Below the pieces are notes generated by a model that worked only from the letters and a program-made list of their open reading frames with translations, made no database searches and was not told where the DNA came from. A DNA stretch of 44,568 nt from Longimicrobiales bacterium. GTDB lineage: Bacteria; Gemmatimonadota; Gemmatimonadetes; Longimicrobiales; Gaopeijiaceae. Of this stretch, positions 8,464 through 18,065 are shown one piece after another; position 1 is the first letter of the stretch; every line of letters begins with the position of its first letter. Location: positions 1 to 44,568 of the forward strand of contig CBDCKN010000016.1 of NCBI GenBank assembly GCA_965218295.1, in the 5' to 3' direction. Both the position numbers and the translations under genes were made by a program.

Positions 8464-9927
8464 CTAACTCACCAGAAGGACGTACGCGACGGCCAGGGCC
8501 AGGTGCAGGAGGGCGAAGGGAAAGGCCTTCTTCACGAAGGCGACAAAGGAGAGCGGCACCTTGTGCTTGTGCATGACGGTGACCGCCACGAGGGTCGATG
8601 CCGACCCGATCGGCGTGATGTTGCCGCCCAGATTAGAGCCGAAGATCACAGCCCACCACAGGGGATTGCCAGGCGGACGAACGCCCCCGCCCGGCATGGG
8701 AATTTCCCCGATGATCTTCGCCAGCATGGCCGCCAACGGGATGTTGTCCGTGACCGAGCTGAAGGCCGCCGATGCCAGCAGCACGGCCGACGTGCCGGCC
8801 CTGGGACCCAGCGCGATAAGGCCTTCGACTCCGCGGCCGATGAGGGCCAGGACCTGGGCGTGCTCCATGACGGAGATGACCACGAACAGGGCGGCGAAGA
8901 AGGCGAGCAGGTCCCAGTCGATGGTGCGGTAGAACTCGTCTACCTCGTGCTTGTAGCGGATCAGCATGATCGCGGCGAACGCCAAGGCGACGAACCCCAT
9001 CCCCAGGTCGCCCACATACGGTGTGACCGACGCCGTAGCGATGGCCACGATGAAGAGGAGGAGCATGGCCGCACCGAACCAGAAGAACCCCCGGCTCTCG
9101 ATCCCGTCCGTCTCGTCGAAGCCGGCCACGAGCTGGGCCGCTTCTTCGATCTCTTCGGGGGTGACGAGGCCACGGATCCCGAACAGCCTGGCGCCGAGCA
9201 GGAGCGTGGCGACGGTCACGACGGCCACGAACGGTGCGGCCTTGAAGAAGAAGGCCATGAAGCTGATGCCGGCTGCCGTTCCCACGATGATGTTGGGAAC
9301 CGAGCTGATCAGCGTCAGCAGCCCACCGATGTTGGTGAGGAGTCCCTCGATCAGCAGAAAGCCCAGCAGCTTGTCGGGGCGCTCGAGCTTGGCCAACGAC
9401 ACGGCCGAGAGGGATCCCACGATGATCATGGCGGTGACGTTGTTCAGGACCGCCGAAAACGCCACGGTCATGAGGCCGTAGGACCAAAGGAGCTTGAGGG
9501 GGTCTCCGCGGGACGCTTTGGTGAGCTTGATAGCGATCCAGGTGAACAGGCCCGAGCGCGACGTCACGTCGACGAAGAGGCTGGCTCCCAGGATGATCGT
9601 GATGACCCCCCAGTCGATGGCCGGGATATAGACGGGCATGTTCACCTCGTGCCCGCCGATGAGGTACGGCCCGTACGGAAGCGGTAGGAGCACGGCGCCG
9701 AGGAGTAGGGTCACCACGGCGAACAACCCCACGATGAGGGACTTCATCGCGTGGAGTTTCTCTTCGAAGGCGAGGCACACGATCATGCCGGTCAGGAGGG
9801 CGCCGAAGAGGAGCGTGACGGCGAGCGACACCTCGGGGGCGGGCCCTTGGGCGGCTTCCTGGAAAGGGGTCACCGGGAGTGCGGACGAGGTCGAGGCGAA
9901 CAGGCCGGCTGCCGGATACTTGATCAT
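8464..9927 (-). CDS. ArsB/NhaD (ion transporter superfamily) permease
   Basis: IDWGVI, LNNVTAM, TNIGGLLTLISSVPNII, TDNIPL, SNLGGNITPIGSAST; about 12 TM helices; start coupled to the upstream stop. Confidence 0.88.
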   Translation of the reverse strand: MIKYPAAGLFASTSSALPVTPFQEAAQGPAPEVSLAVTLLFGALLTGMIVCLAFEEKLHAMKSLIVGLFAVVTLLLGAVLLPLPYGPYLIGGHEVNMPVYIPAIDWGVITIILGASLFVDVTSRSGLFTWIAIKLTKASRGDPLKLLWSYGLMTVAFSAVLNNVTAMIIVGSLSAVSLAKLERPDKLLGFLLIEGLLTNIGGLLTLISSVPNIIVGTAAGISFMAFFFKAAPFVAVVTVATLLLGARLFGIRGLVTPEEIEEAAQLVAGFDETDGIESRGFFWFGAAMLLLFIVAIATASVTPYVGDLGMGFVALAFAAIMLIRYKHEVDEFYRTIDWDLLAFFAALFVVISVMEHAQVLALIGRGVEGLIALGPRAGTSAVLLASAAFSSVTDNIPLAAMLAKIIGEIPMPGGGVRPPGNPLWWAVIFGSNLGGNITPIGSASTLVAVTVMHKHKVPLSFVAFVKKAFPFALLHLALAVAYVLLVS

Positions 9928-10787
9928 CACAGCATCAGGAGGGGGATAGCCCTGAGCTCGACGGCCAGCGGATACGCCAGCCCGTGCATAGCGAGCTGAT
10001 CCTCGTCCTTCGTGTTCATGACCAGGAGGTCGACGTCGTGCTCCTCGATGAGCCGACGGTATTCCTGGATGTGGTGCCCGGACGCGACCACCGACTCCAC
10101 GGTGAGGGCCATGGTACTCTTCGAGAGACCAACCCGGCACGAGTCGATGTAGTCCGTCGGGTCCTTCATCAGACGGGCCTCGATCTCCTTTCGCGCCGTG
10201 TCCGTGTCGATGGAGGCGATCTTCGATATGGCCTCCATGTAGCGCTCGAATACCGCGTCGTCTTCCACGTGACTGAGGTACAGGGTGCCGCCGTCCTGTG
10301 TGTAGTGGGCCGCGTGGTTCACCAGCCGATTGTCACCGGTGAGGTGATCGGTCATCGCCATCACCGACTTCGTGGGTCGCCCGGCCAGCGCCTGAAACTC
10401 CGGTCGCTCGGGGTGGGGCATCACGATTACGGGCGTCGTGGTCGCCTGCGTCAGCACGTCCACGTACTCACCCAGCGTGTAGGGCCAGCGCCAGCTCTCG
10501 GAGTGCAGATGCCGGTACGTGCAGATGAGGCCTGGGTGCTCGCCCTCCACCAGCTCCAGCAGATCGGGAACGGTCTGGAACTCGTTTCCATGGACGACGC
10601 GCCACCGGATGTTCTCGGTCCGGTCGAGAACTTCGAGGAAGGCTCGCGCCTTGGCCCCGAAGTCGTCCGCCTCGGGCGCGTCGCGATCGCACACGACCAG
10701 AACCGAGCCCACCTCTACATCCTCCGGCGTGAAGACGGTGCGGGCCGCGGCCCGGAAGACGCTCTCGAACTGATCGACCTTGGTCAT
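9927..10787 (-). CDS. Universal-stress-protein-like tandem-domain protein
   Basis: Two alpha/beta repeats ending TTPVIVMP and HDVDLLVMNT...IPLLML. Confidence 0.6.
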   Translation of the reverse strand: MTKVDQFESVFRAAARTVFTPEDVEVGSVLVVCDRDAPEADDFGAKARAFLEVLDRTENIRWRVVHGNEFQTVPDLLELVEGEHPGLICTYRHLHSESWRWPYTLGEYVDVLTQATTTPVIVMPHPERPEFQALAGRPTKSVMAMTDHLTGDNRLVNHAAHYTQDGGTLYLSHVEDDAVFERYMEAISKIASIDTDTARKEIEARLMKDPTDYIDSCRVGLSKSTMALTVESVVASGHHIQEYRRLIEEHDVDLLVMNTKDEDQLAMHGLAYPLAVELRAIPLLML

Positions 10788-10885
10788 CGCTGGAGAGACC
10801 GTGCGACGGACGCCCGGTAGATCGTCACGCCGGTCTCGCCGCTGAAGCGGGTCCGGCCTGCATGCTTTCCAGCGACGATTCGCAT
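10784..10885 (-). pseudogene. 33-aa internally deleted rsmD-like remnant / small ORF
   Basis: MRIVAGKHAGR (RsmD-type N-terminus) joined to RFSGETGVTIYR (RsmD-type C-terminus); stop overlaps the USP ATG. Confidence 0.5.
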
Positions 10886-10914
10886 GTCAGCTGCGGTGGT
10901 GCACGGCCATGGGA

Positions 10915-10955
10915 CTAGTGTCCCGTTACCAAAGTGTCTCGGCAACGGCCACTAG
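10915..10955. repeat. CTAGTG...CACTAG mini-element copy A
   Basis: ctagtgtcccgttacc...ggcaacggccactag imperfect inverted repeat; overlaps the MFS TAG stop. Confidence 0.65.
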
Positions 10956-12316
10956 CCGGCCCGTCCGCTGGCCGCCGCTCCGGCCTCCTCGTCGACGCCC
11001 AGGAGGATCAGTCCACCCACCAGGAAGAAGACCATGATGGCCCCCACACCAAAGCGCTGGTTCCCGAAGACGCTCGTGGCGAGGCCGTAGATGAGCGGGC
11101 CCATGAACGCGATGGCCTTTCCGGAAAAGGCGAAGAAGCCGTAGAACTCGGTCTCCTTCGCCGGGGGGACGAAGCGCCCGAGGAGAGAGCGGCTGGCCGC
11201 CTGGTTGGGACCCACGAACACGCCCACCAACAGCCCTGCGAGGAACATGGACATCTTGTTGTCGGCAGGTGCCGTGGTGGCCCAGAGTGTGGCGATGAAC
11301 AGGCCTACCAGGGAGATCAGGATCGTCTTGCGCCCCCCGATACGGTCGTCCAAGAAGCCCATGGCGAACGCGCCGAGTCCGGCCGTGACATTCAGTGCCA
11401 GACCCCAGAGCATGACTTCGGTGAGCGTGAAGCCGAAGACTTCAGCGGCATAGAGGGGTCCCAAGGCGAAGATGGTAACCAGCCCGTCATTGTAGACCAT
11501 CCGGGCGATGAGGAGCCGCACGATCTGGCCGTAGCGCCTGATCTCGCGGAGGGTGTCCGTCAGCTGTGTGACGGCTCCCCTCAGGAGCTCTCCGAGGGGA
11601 GGTGGATCCCGATGATGGGGCTCTGGCACCCAGCGGAATATGGGAACGGCGAAGACCGCGAACCACACCGCCACCACCAACGTCGTCGCCCGGATATTCT
11701 GGAAGAGTGCCTCCTCTCCGGTGCCCAGCCCGAACCAGGGGTTCTCGGCCTGGACGAACCCGACCAGTGCCACGACCATGGCCAACAAGCCGCCCAGGTA
11801 TCCCAGGGCCCAGCCGTAGCCGGAGACCTTCCCGATGTTGTCGGAGGTGGTGAGGTCGGGCAGGTAGGAGTTGTAGAAGACGCCCGACAGCTCGAAGGCG
11901 ATGTTGCTCACCACGAAGACCACGAACGCGAACATCACCTGGCCCGGCGTGGGAAAGTAGAGTAGGACACTTCCCAGGATGGCGACGCCGGTGCTGATCA
12001 ACAGAAAGCGCCGCCGGTGTCCTCCGCGGTCGGCCAGCGCGCCGAGGAACGGTGAGCTCACTGCGACGACGATGGCGGTGAGAGCGATCCCGTTCGCCCA
12101 GATCACGGTTCCCGTATCACCGTCGGGCGCGATCTCCTGTGCGAAGAAGAACGAATAGATGAACGTCACGATGAGGGTCGTGAACGCCGAGTTTCCGAAG
12201 TCGTAGAGGGCCCAACCCCAGATGGCCTTTCTGCCCGCCGGGTTCTGTGCCCCTTCGTGCGCTCGTGTGTCTGTTTCCAAGGCGTCTATTCGTCCGTCCT
12301 TTGGAGCTTGCCCCAC
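10952..12316 (-). CDS. MFS transporter (UMF1/ATG22-like)
   Basis: WGWALYDFGNSAF, GALADRGG, FYNSYLP, NQAASRSLL; 12 TM helices. Confidence 0.9.
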   Translation of the reverse strand: MGQAPKDGRIDALETDTRAHEGAQNPAGRKAIWGWALYDFGNSAFTTLIVTFIYSFFFAQEIAPDGDTGTVIWANGIALTAIVVAVSSPFLGALADRGGHRRRFLLISTGVAILGSVLLYFPTPGQVMFAFVVFVVSNIAFELSGVFYNSYLPDLTTSDNIGKVSGYGWALGYLGGLLAMVVALVGFVQAENPWFGLGTGEEALFQNIRATTLVVAVWFAVFAVPIFRWVPEPHHRDPPPLGELLRGAVTQLTDTLREIRRYGQIVRLLIARMVYNDGLVTIFALGPLYAAEVFGFTLTEVMLWGLALNVTAGLGAFAMGFLDDRIGGRKTILISLVGLFIATLWATTAPADNKMSMFLAGLLVGVFVGPNQAASRSLLGRFVPPAKETEFYGFFAFSGKAIAFMGPLIYGLATSVFGNQRFGVGAIMVFFLVGGLILLGVDEEAGAAASGRAG

Positions 12317-12603
12317 TCCTCGGGGTTCGCGCCCTTGCCCTTACCTGCTAGGTCTTCGAGGAGCTCGAGGAGCTCCTCGCGATCGCGCTCACTCACCTCG
12401 CCGTCGGCGAAAACCCGCTTTAGAGCTCGAGTGACGATTCCCACGGGCCATACTCCGGACATGTCCGGATTGGTATCCACCCAATGGCGAAACGCCTCCG
12501 CCTCGATCTTGGTGATCACTCCGTCGGCCACGACGGTCCGGGCCAGCTCCAGCAGCTCCTGGAGCGCCTGGTTCCTCCGGAGTATCCCTTCGAATTCCAA
12601 CAT
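12286..12603 (-). CDS. Small helical protein with paired DG(V/E) motifs (TerB-like; resembles the N-terminal module of BRCT-domain proteins)
   Basis: ELLELARTVVADGVITKIEAEAFRHW...WPV...VFADGEVSERDREELL. Confidence 0.6.
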   Translation of the reverse strand: MLEFEGILRRNQALQELLELARTVVADGVITKIEAEAFRHWVDTNPDMSGVWPVGIVTRALKRVFADGEVSERDREELLELLEDLAGKGKGANPEEWGKLQRTDE

Positions 12604-12897
12604 GGGAATCGTCTCAGCCAACGATGGCACGGGGCTCGCCTCCATACGACGGCACCGCGCCGTCTGTGAGCGCGTCGCCGTCTGTGAAGACGATGTACAG
12701 CTTTTCGACCTCCTCTGGCAAACGGCGGGCGTGTCGTCGGCCATCTCACGCACCTGCCGTCGGTGATAGGGGGTACCCCCCGCCGGCCGCTCACCCCCCT
12801 CCCGCCGCCACGCCAAAGGGACGCGCGAAGCTGGTGACGGGAAAGTGCCGCCGTTTCCCTACGAGTGGCGAGACTGAATTTTGGAGCGCTTCGGAAG

Positions 12898-13734
12898 CTA
12901 GCTCTCCAGGAGCTCCCGAAAGAACTCGATCGTCCGGGGCCAAGCCGTCTCGGAAGCGGCCATGTTGGCACCATCCATCCCGGTCTGTCGGCCCAGGAAG
13001 CCGTGACCGGCGCCGTCGTAGATATTGACCTCATAGCGCTTTCCGAGGCGCTCCATCTCGGCTTGTGCGTCGGGAATCGTCGCGTTCACCCGGTTGTCAG
13101 TTCCACCGTAGTGACCCAGGACGGGTGCCTGGATGCGCGCCAACGTCTCGGTGGCCGGGGAGCTGCCGTAGTAGACGACGGCGGCGTCGAGCTCGGCGAA
13201 GTCCACCGCGAAGTTGAACGACGTGGAGCCGCCCCAGCAGAAGCCCACGGCGCCCACCATGTCCGTAGCCGACGGAAGCGACGTCCCGTACGCTGCCGCC
13301 GCCCGGAGCCGCCGATTCACCTCGGCTGCATCCAGGTCGCGCATGGCACGGCGGACTTCCCCCGGCTCGATGGACTCGGTACCGCCGCCCCCGGGTCCCT
13401 TACCGGACAGCAGGTCCGGCGTCACCACGATGAACCCTTCAGCCGCCAGTTGGTCGGCCACGGCTCGGGCCCAGTCAGACATGGCCCGGATGTCGTGGAT
13501 GACCACGACGACGGGCGCGTCGTCGCTACGCTCGGGATACGTGACCCATGCTTGGACATCGTCCCCAACGCCCGCGTCGTACGTCACCCATTCCCCGTGC
13601 CGGGGCGAGGCCTCCAAGCGGGCGGTGGCGTTGTCCCCGTCGGCAGGCAGGCTCTGAGCGTCTCGCGGTCCAGGGAGGGCCAGGGCGCCCAGGATCAATC
13701 CACCAAGAAAGTGTCGTCGAGCCGAAGAAGTCAT
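12898..13734 (-). CDS. Dienelactone hydrolase family protein with Tat-like signal
   Basis: SARRHFLGG signal; GFCWGG nucleophile; D and GAGHGF catalytic motifs. Confidence 0.9.
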   Translation of the reverse strand: MTSSARRHFLGGLILGALALPGPRDAQSLPADGDNATARLEASPRHGEWVTYDAGVGDDVQAWVTYPERSDDAPVVVVIHDIRAMSDWARAVADQLAAEGFIVVTPDLLSGKGPGGGGTESIEPGEVRRAMRDLDAAEVNRRLRAAAAYGTSLPSATDMVGAVGFCWGGSTSFNFAVDFAELDAAVVYYGSSPATETLARIQAPVLGHYGGTDNRVNATIPDAQAEMERLGKRYEVNIYDGAGHGFLGRQTGMDGANMAASETAWPRTIEFFRELLES

Positions 13735-13763
13735 GTCGAGCCTCAGAGGTTGAGAAGAGGTGT

Positions 13764-13820
13764 CTAGTGTGGTGTCCCAGAACTCTCGGTGGCTCGCGGC
13801 CTTCTGGGACACCACACTAA
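13764..13820. repeat. CTAGTG mini-element copy B (18-bp perfect inverted repeat)
   Basis: tagtgtggtgtcccagaa (13765-13782) / ttctgggacaccacacta (13802-13819); loop ctctcggtggctcgcg matches the core of copies C and D; overlaps the DUF1207 stop. Confidence 0.75.
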
Positions 13821-14737
13821 GCGGGGCCGATCCGGAGAATTAGCTCGATACCCCAGTAGCGCTCATCCGTCAAGAAGAACTGCCCCATGGGTGACGGGCC
13901 GTCGTGGAAGACTCCGCGGATATGGGCGGAGCGGTCGCCGTCCCGCACCACCAGCCCCAGGACGGCGGACAGCTGTCCCGACCAGTCGGTCCGATCGGCG
14001 CTCTGCCAATCCAGCCCGCCGTCCAGACCGAAGTCGCCGCCGGACCACCCAAGCCACTGGAAGTCGGCCCCAAGCTGCACGAGGGCGTCGTCCGAGAAGT
14101 CCGGGCCCAACAGGGCTTCGTTCTCCAAGCTGGAGCGCATGACGACGCCCCCGCCACCGTACAAACGCACCAGTCCCATCCGATACGCCACCAGGGCGTC
14201 GAGCGTCTCGGATGTGAAGTCCACCCGCTCGGCCCCGCTCTCGATCACCTCGTCGCCGAGATGGGCGCTCCAGTGCGTGAGGCGCACCCGGGCCGACCAC
14301 GGCCCCCACGCGGCCTCGACGGGGAATGCGACCACCCAATCAGAGGCCACCAGATCGCTGCTCGATATCTCGAGCCGGAAGCGACCGAAGACCCCGGCTT
14401 GGATCCCGAGCGCCAGGCCTCCGTCCTCCCACTGCGCCGGACTCCAGAGTCGGAAGGCCCCTCCCAGGGCGGCCTCACCCTGGAGCTCGGTGTCGAGCCC
14501 TTCCTGGCCCACGAAGTCGAAGGGCGGCCGCTCGGCTGGGTCGAAACGGCCACGAAACACGGGGGTCCACAGCGCTCGTAATGCAAAGACGGGCTCCCGC
14601 ATGGCGGCGTGGGGGGCGGTGAAGTAACCCTGATCGGGAAACCATGAATCGCCGAAAGGGCTCTGGGCCTCGATCCCGGGCGTGATGAGCCCCAGGGAAG
14701 TGAAGACCAAGGCTGTGAGTTGCAGAAAGACTTTCAC
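13817..14737 (-). CDS. DUF1207-like outer-membrane beta-barrel protein
   Basis: Signal peptide; HWSAHLGDE motif; alternating beta-strand pattern; GPSPMGQFF. Confidence 0.7.
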   Translation of the reverse strand: MKVFLQLTALVFTSLGLITPGIEAQSPFGDSWFPDQGYFTAPHAAMREPVFALRALWTPVFRGRFDPAERPPFDFVGQEGLDTELQGEAALGGAFRLWSPAQWEDGGLALGIQAGVFGRFRLEISSSDLVASDWVVAFPVEAAWGPWSARVRLTHWSAHLGDEVIESGAERVDFTSETLDALVAYRMGLVRLYGGGGVVMRSSLENEALLGPDFSDDALVQLGADFQWLGWSGGDFGLDGGLDWQSADRTDWSGQLSAVLGLVVRDGDRSAHIRGVFHDGPSPMGQFFLTDERYWGIELILRIGPA

Positions 14738-14866
14738 GCGTGCTCCGGCGCGGGTATCTCGGCTGGGCGGCCGCTCATTCTATCGCAGGCGGGCTCCGAC
14801 GTAAAAGGGACCCAGCACCCTGCGCCGGTGGTACGACAGGTCTCAGATGAGGACAAGCCAACAAGG

Positions 14867-15769
14867 ATGGATATGGACCGCGTAGAGATCCCCAACCAGG
14901 CAACCTACTCGCCGCTGGCCCTTACGGACGTCTTCATGCTCGCGCCCCTGGCGTCGCGGGTGCTGCTGGGCGCCACTGTGCCCGGCCGCATCATCCAGGC
15001 GCTGGCCCTCGGCGCCTACACCGGGAGCGTGTTGAGCGACTGGATCTCCAGGCGAGATGCACGACCCATCGACTTCGGCGAGGTCTTCGGTCAGGATCTC
15101 TCCGACCTGGAGCCCATGGCGGACGAGGACCGCCAGGCGGAGGTGGAAGAGCTCGTCCAGAAGCTGAACGACAACTACGAGCCGGTGAAGATGTCGCGGG
15201 AGGAGCTGGCAGTCCTCGCCAATGAGCGGTTGACCGACTACATCGCTTCCATCACGGGGCAGCGCGTGGAGACCAGCGCCGAAGTGCGGAGCTTCGCGAT
15301 CTCCAAGCTCATCTTTCCCTTTGCCCTGGGCGCCTGCGACATCCTCTCCGGTGACGTGACCATCTTCCGCGATGCGGGGATCTTCGAGCCCCACATCATC
15401 GCCCACGAGTTCTGTCACCGGAAAGGCTACTACAAGGAGCTCCAGGCTCAGGCACTCGCGTACCTGGCTCTCAGCACGGCCGAGGAGAACATCCTGGTTC
15501 AGTCGGCCCACTCCGAGCGCGTGCACCGGAATCTTCGGGTGCTCGCCGGCGGCGATCTGGACCGCTACCACGAGTTGGTGGACGAGTCCGGCCTCCGCGA
15601 GGAGCTTGCCAGGGACTTCCACGACATCCGCCCCAAGCCGTCCATGTACGAGCAGGGCATGTGGACCATCATGAAGCCGCTCATGGAGGAGCGGATGAAG
15701 ATGACCGGCCAGAACGGTCTCGCCGACTACGACGCCGGCTTCACCGACTTCATTCACTCTCAGGGCTGA
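14867..15769 (+). CDS. DUF3810-like putative zinc metallopeptidase
   Basis: IIAHEFCHRKGYYKELQAQALAYLA (HExxH...E). Confidence 0.7.
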   Translation: MDMDRVEIPNQATYSPLALTDVFMLAPLASRVLLGATVPGRIIQALALGAYTGSVLSDWISRRDARPIDFGEVFGQDLSDLEPMADEDRQAEVEELVQKLNDNYEPVKMSREELAVLANERLTDYIASITGQRVETSAEVRSFAISKLIFPFALGACDILSGDVTIFRDAGIFEPHIIAHEFCHRKGYYKELQAQALAYLALSTAEENILVQSAHSERVHRNLRVLAGGDLDRYHELVDESGLREELARDFHDIRPKPSMYEQGMWTIMKPLMEERMKMTGQNGLADYDAGFTDFIHSQG

Positions 15770-15953
15770 CGAGCGGCCCTTTCCTCCCTACATTCTCGCC
15801 CGGCTGTTCGCGTGGACCGATCGCGGATCCACCTGAAATCCTGGTCGCAATATGAGCGCAATTCTGCCTGCTGTAATCGGCCTGGTGGCTTTAGGCCTCG
15901 GCTATCGCTTCCACTCGAAGTTCGTCGCCGAGAACGCCGAGCCCCGTTGATCC

Positions 15954-16559
15954 ATGAGCTCACTGCAGCGCGTCGCGGCGATGATCGATCGGCTCAACGA
16001 TCGTATCGGCGGGGCAATCCAATGGCTCGCCCTGATCATGGTGCTCGTGGGAGCATTCAACGCCCTCGCCCGCTATGCGACGCGGTACACCGGCATCTCT
16101 CTCAGCTCCAACGCCTACCTCGACCTGCAGTGGTACTTCTTCAGCCTCATCTTCCTCCTGGGGGTGGGATACGGGCTGAACCACGACTACCACGTCAGGG
16201 TCGACGTCCTGTATGCGAAGCTGGGGCGGAGGGGGAAGGCGTGGATCGATCTCCTGGGGACGGTGCTGTTCCTCGTGCCGTTCTCACTCGTCATGCTCTG
16301 GGTCTCATGGAGACCGGTCTGGAATAGCTGGGCGATCCGGGAGAGCTCGCCGGATCCGGGAGGGCTCCCGCGCTACCCCATCAAGGCCGTCATCCTCGTG
16401 GCGTTTCTCCTCCTTCTCCTTCAGGGGATCAGCCACGCGCTGAAGCAGGCGACCATTCTCTGGGGATCGCAGCGCGAAGGGCATCCCGAGTCGGGCCCTG
16501 CGCCTGGGGACGCCTCCGACCCTCTTGGTGGCTCGCGAACTTCGGAAACGGAACACTAG
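15954..16559 (+). CDS. dctQ: TRAP transporter small permease
   Basis: LQWYFF, HVRVDVLY, ESSPDPGGLPRYP; 4 TM helices. Confidence 0.92.
   Translation: MSSLQRVAAMIDRLNDRIGGAIQWLALIMVLVGAFNALARYATRYTGISLSSNAYLDLQWYFFSLIFLLGVGYGLNHDYHVRVDVLYAKLGRRGKAWIDLLGTVLFLVPFSLVMLWVSWRPVWNSWAIRESSPDPGGLPRYPIKAVILVAFLLLLLQGISHALKQATILWGSQREGHPESGPAPGDASDPLGGSRTSETEH
16521..16559. repeat. Mini-element copy C
   Basis: 37 of 39 nt identical to 37522-37560; encodes the last residues and stop of dctQ. Confidence 0.85.
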
Positions 16560-17857
16560 TGGGCGACGTCTGGGGTCCCATCATGTTCCTGGGGGTCTTG
16601 GCCCTCATCTTCACCGGATACCCGGTGGCATTCGCCCTGGCCGGGACGGCCCTCGTGTTCTCCCTCCTCGGCACCCTGGCCGGCGACTTCGACCTGATCC
16701 TCCTCCGGGCGCTCCCGGACCGGACCTTCGGGATCATGTCGAACTACACGCTTCTGGCCGTCCCCTTCTTCATCTTCATGGGCACCGTCCTGGAGAAATC
16801 ACGTCTGGCCGAGGACCTGCTGGAGACCATCGGCATCCTGTTCGGACGCTTCCGAGGCGGATTGGCTCTGGGCGTGATCGGCGTAGGCGCGTTGCTGGCC
16901 GCGGCCACCGGTATCGTGGGGGCGTCCGTCACGGCCATGGGCCTCATCTCGCTGCCTGTCATGCTCAGGAACGGGTACGAGGACGATCTGACCCTCGGCG
17001 TCATCGCGGCCTCCGGGACCCTTGGCCAGATCATCCCGCCCAGCATCGTCCTGATCGTTTTGGGAGACCAGATGGGCGTATCGGTGGGGGCACTGTTCCA
17101 GGCCGCCGTCGTGCCGGGGCTCATCCTCACCGGGGCGTACGCGCTCTACGTCGTGGGCGTGACCATCGTGAGGCCCGAGGCGGCGCCGGCGATGGAGGAG
17201 GGGCGCGACATTCGTGGCCTCGCCCTGGCCCGCCGAGTTGTGGTCTCCCTGATCCCACCCCTCGCTCTGATTCTCGTCGTGCTCGGGAGCATCTTCGCTG
17301 GCGTGGCGACGCCGACGGAGGCCGGCGCCCTGGGTGCCGTAGGAGCCATGATCCTGGCCGCGGTGGGTGGGCGGCTCTCCATGGATGCCCTCAGGGCGGC
17401 CATGAACGACACCACGCGCCTCACCATCATGGTGATCTTCCTCCTCATGGGCTCCACGGTCTTCACCCTCGTGTTCCGCGGCCTGGAGGGAGACTTGTGG
17501 ATCGCACAGATGCTTTCGAGCCTCCCCGGCGGCTCCCTGGGCTTTCTCGTTGTCGTGAATGCCGTCGTCTTCGTCCTCGGCTTCTTCATCGACTTCTTCG
17601 AGATCGCGTTCATCATCGTACCCCTCGTCGTGGCTCCGGCTCAGATCCTGGGCCTCGACTTGACCTGGCTTGGGATCGTCCTGGCCGTGAACATCCAGAC
17701 GTCCTTCCTCACGCCGCCCTTCGGCTTCTCGCTGTTCTACCTCCGGGGAGTCACACCTGCGGACATCTCCACGACGAGCATCTATCGGGGCGTGGTGCCG
17801 TTCATCGTCATCCAGCTCGTCTTGCTAGGCGGCCTCATCGCCTGGTTGCTGCGGTGA
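16559..17857 (+). CDS. dctM: TRAP transporter large permease
   Basis: GYPVAFAL, GTLGQIIPPS, TPTEAG, FLTPPFG. Confidence 0.93.
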   Translation: MGDVWGPIMFLGVLALIFTGYPVAFALAGTALVFSLLGTLAGDFDLILLRALPDRTFGIMSNYTLLAVPFFIFMGTVLEKSRLAEDLLETIGILFGRFRGGLALGVIGVGALLAAATGIVGASVTAMGLISLPVMLRNGYEDDLTLGVIAASGTLGQIIPPSIVLIVLGDQMGVSVGALFQAAVVPGLILTGAYALYVVGVTIVRPEAAPAMEEGRDIRGLALARRVVVSLIPPLALILVVLGSIFAGVATPTEAGALGAVGAMILAAVGGRLSMDALRAAMNDTTRLTIMVIFLLMGSTVFTLVFRGLEGDLWIAQMLSSLPGGSLGFLVVVNAVVFVLGFFIDFFEIAFIIVPLVVAPAQILGLDLTWLGIVLAVNIQTSFLTPPFGFSLFYLRGVTPADISTTSIYRGVVPFIVIQLVLLGGLIAWLLR

Positions 17858-18065
17858 GGTTTGCGGTGGGGGCTCCGAGTCACCCAGGAGCCTGAAAACT
17901 CCCTGCCCGACGGGCGTCCCTCGTCAGCCCCATGGTGACGCTCAGGGAAGACAAGGTGTAAGCAGTACGTATCTTTACATCGTGAGTATACGTAACAACC
18001 GGATCGCCATAGGTTTCCGGCTACCCTTGGTGATTCCACTCGCCCGAGCCAGCCTGGAGGTCTCC

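Noticed and set aside
12615..12745. LPEEVEKLYIVFTDG... short frame upstream of the TerB-like gene
   Set aside because: It looks protein-like but has no clear start or recognisable family
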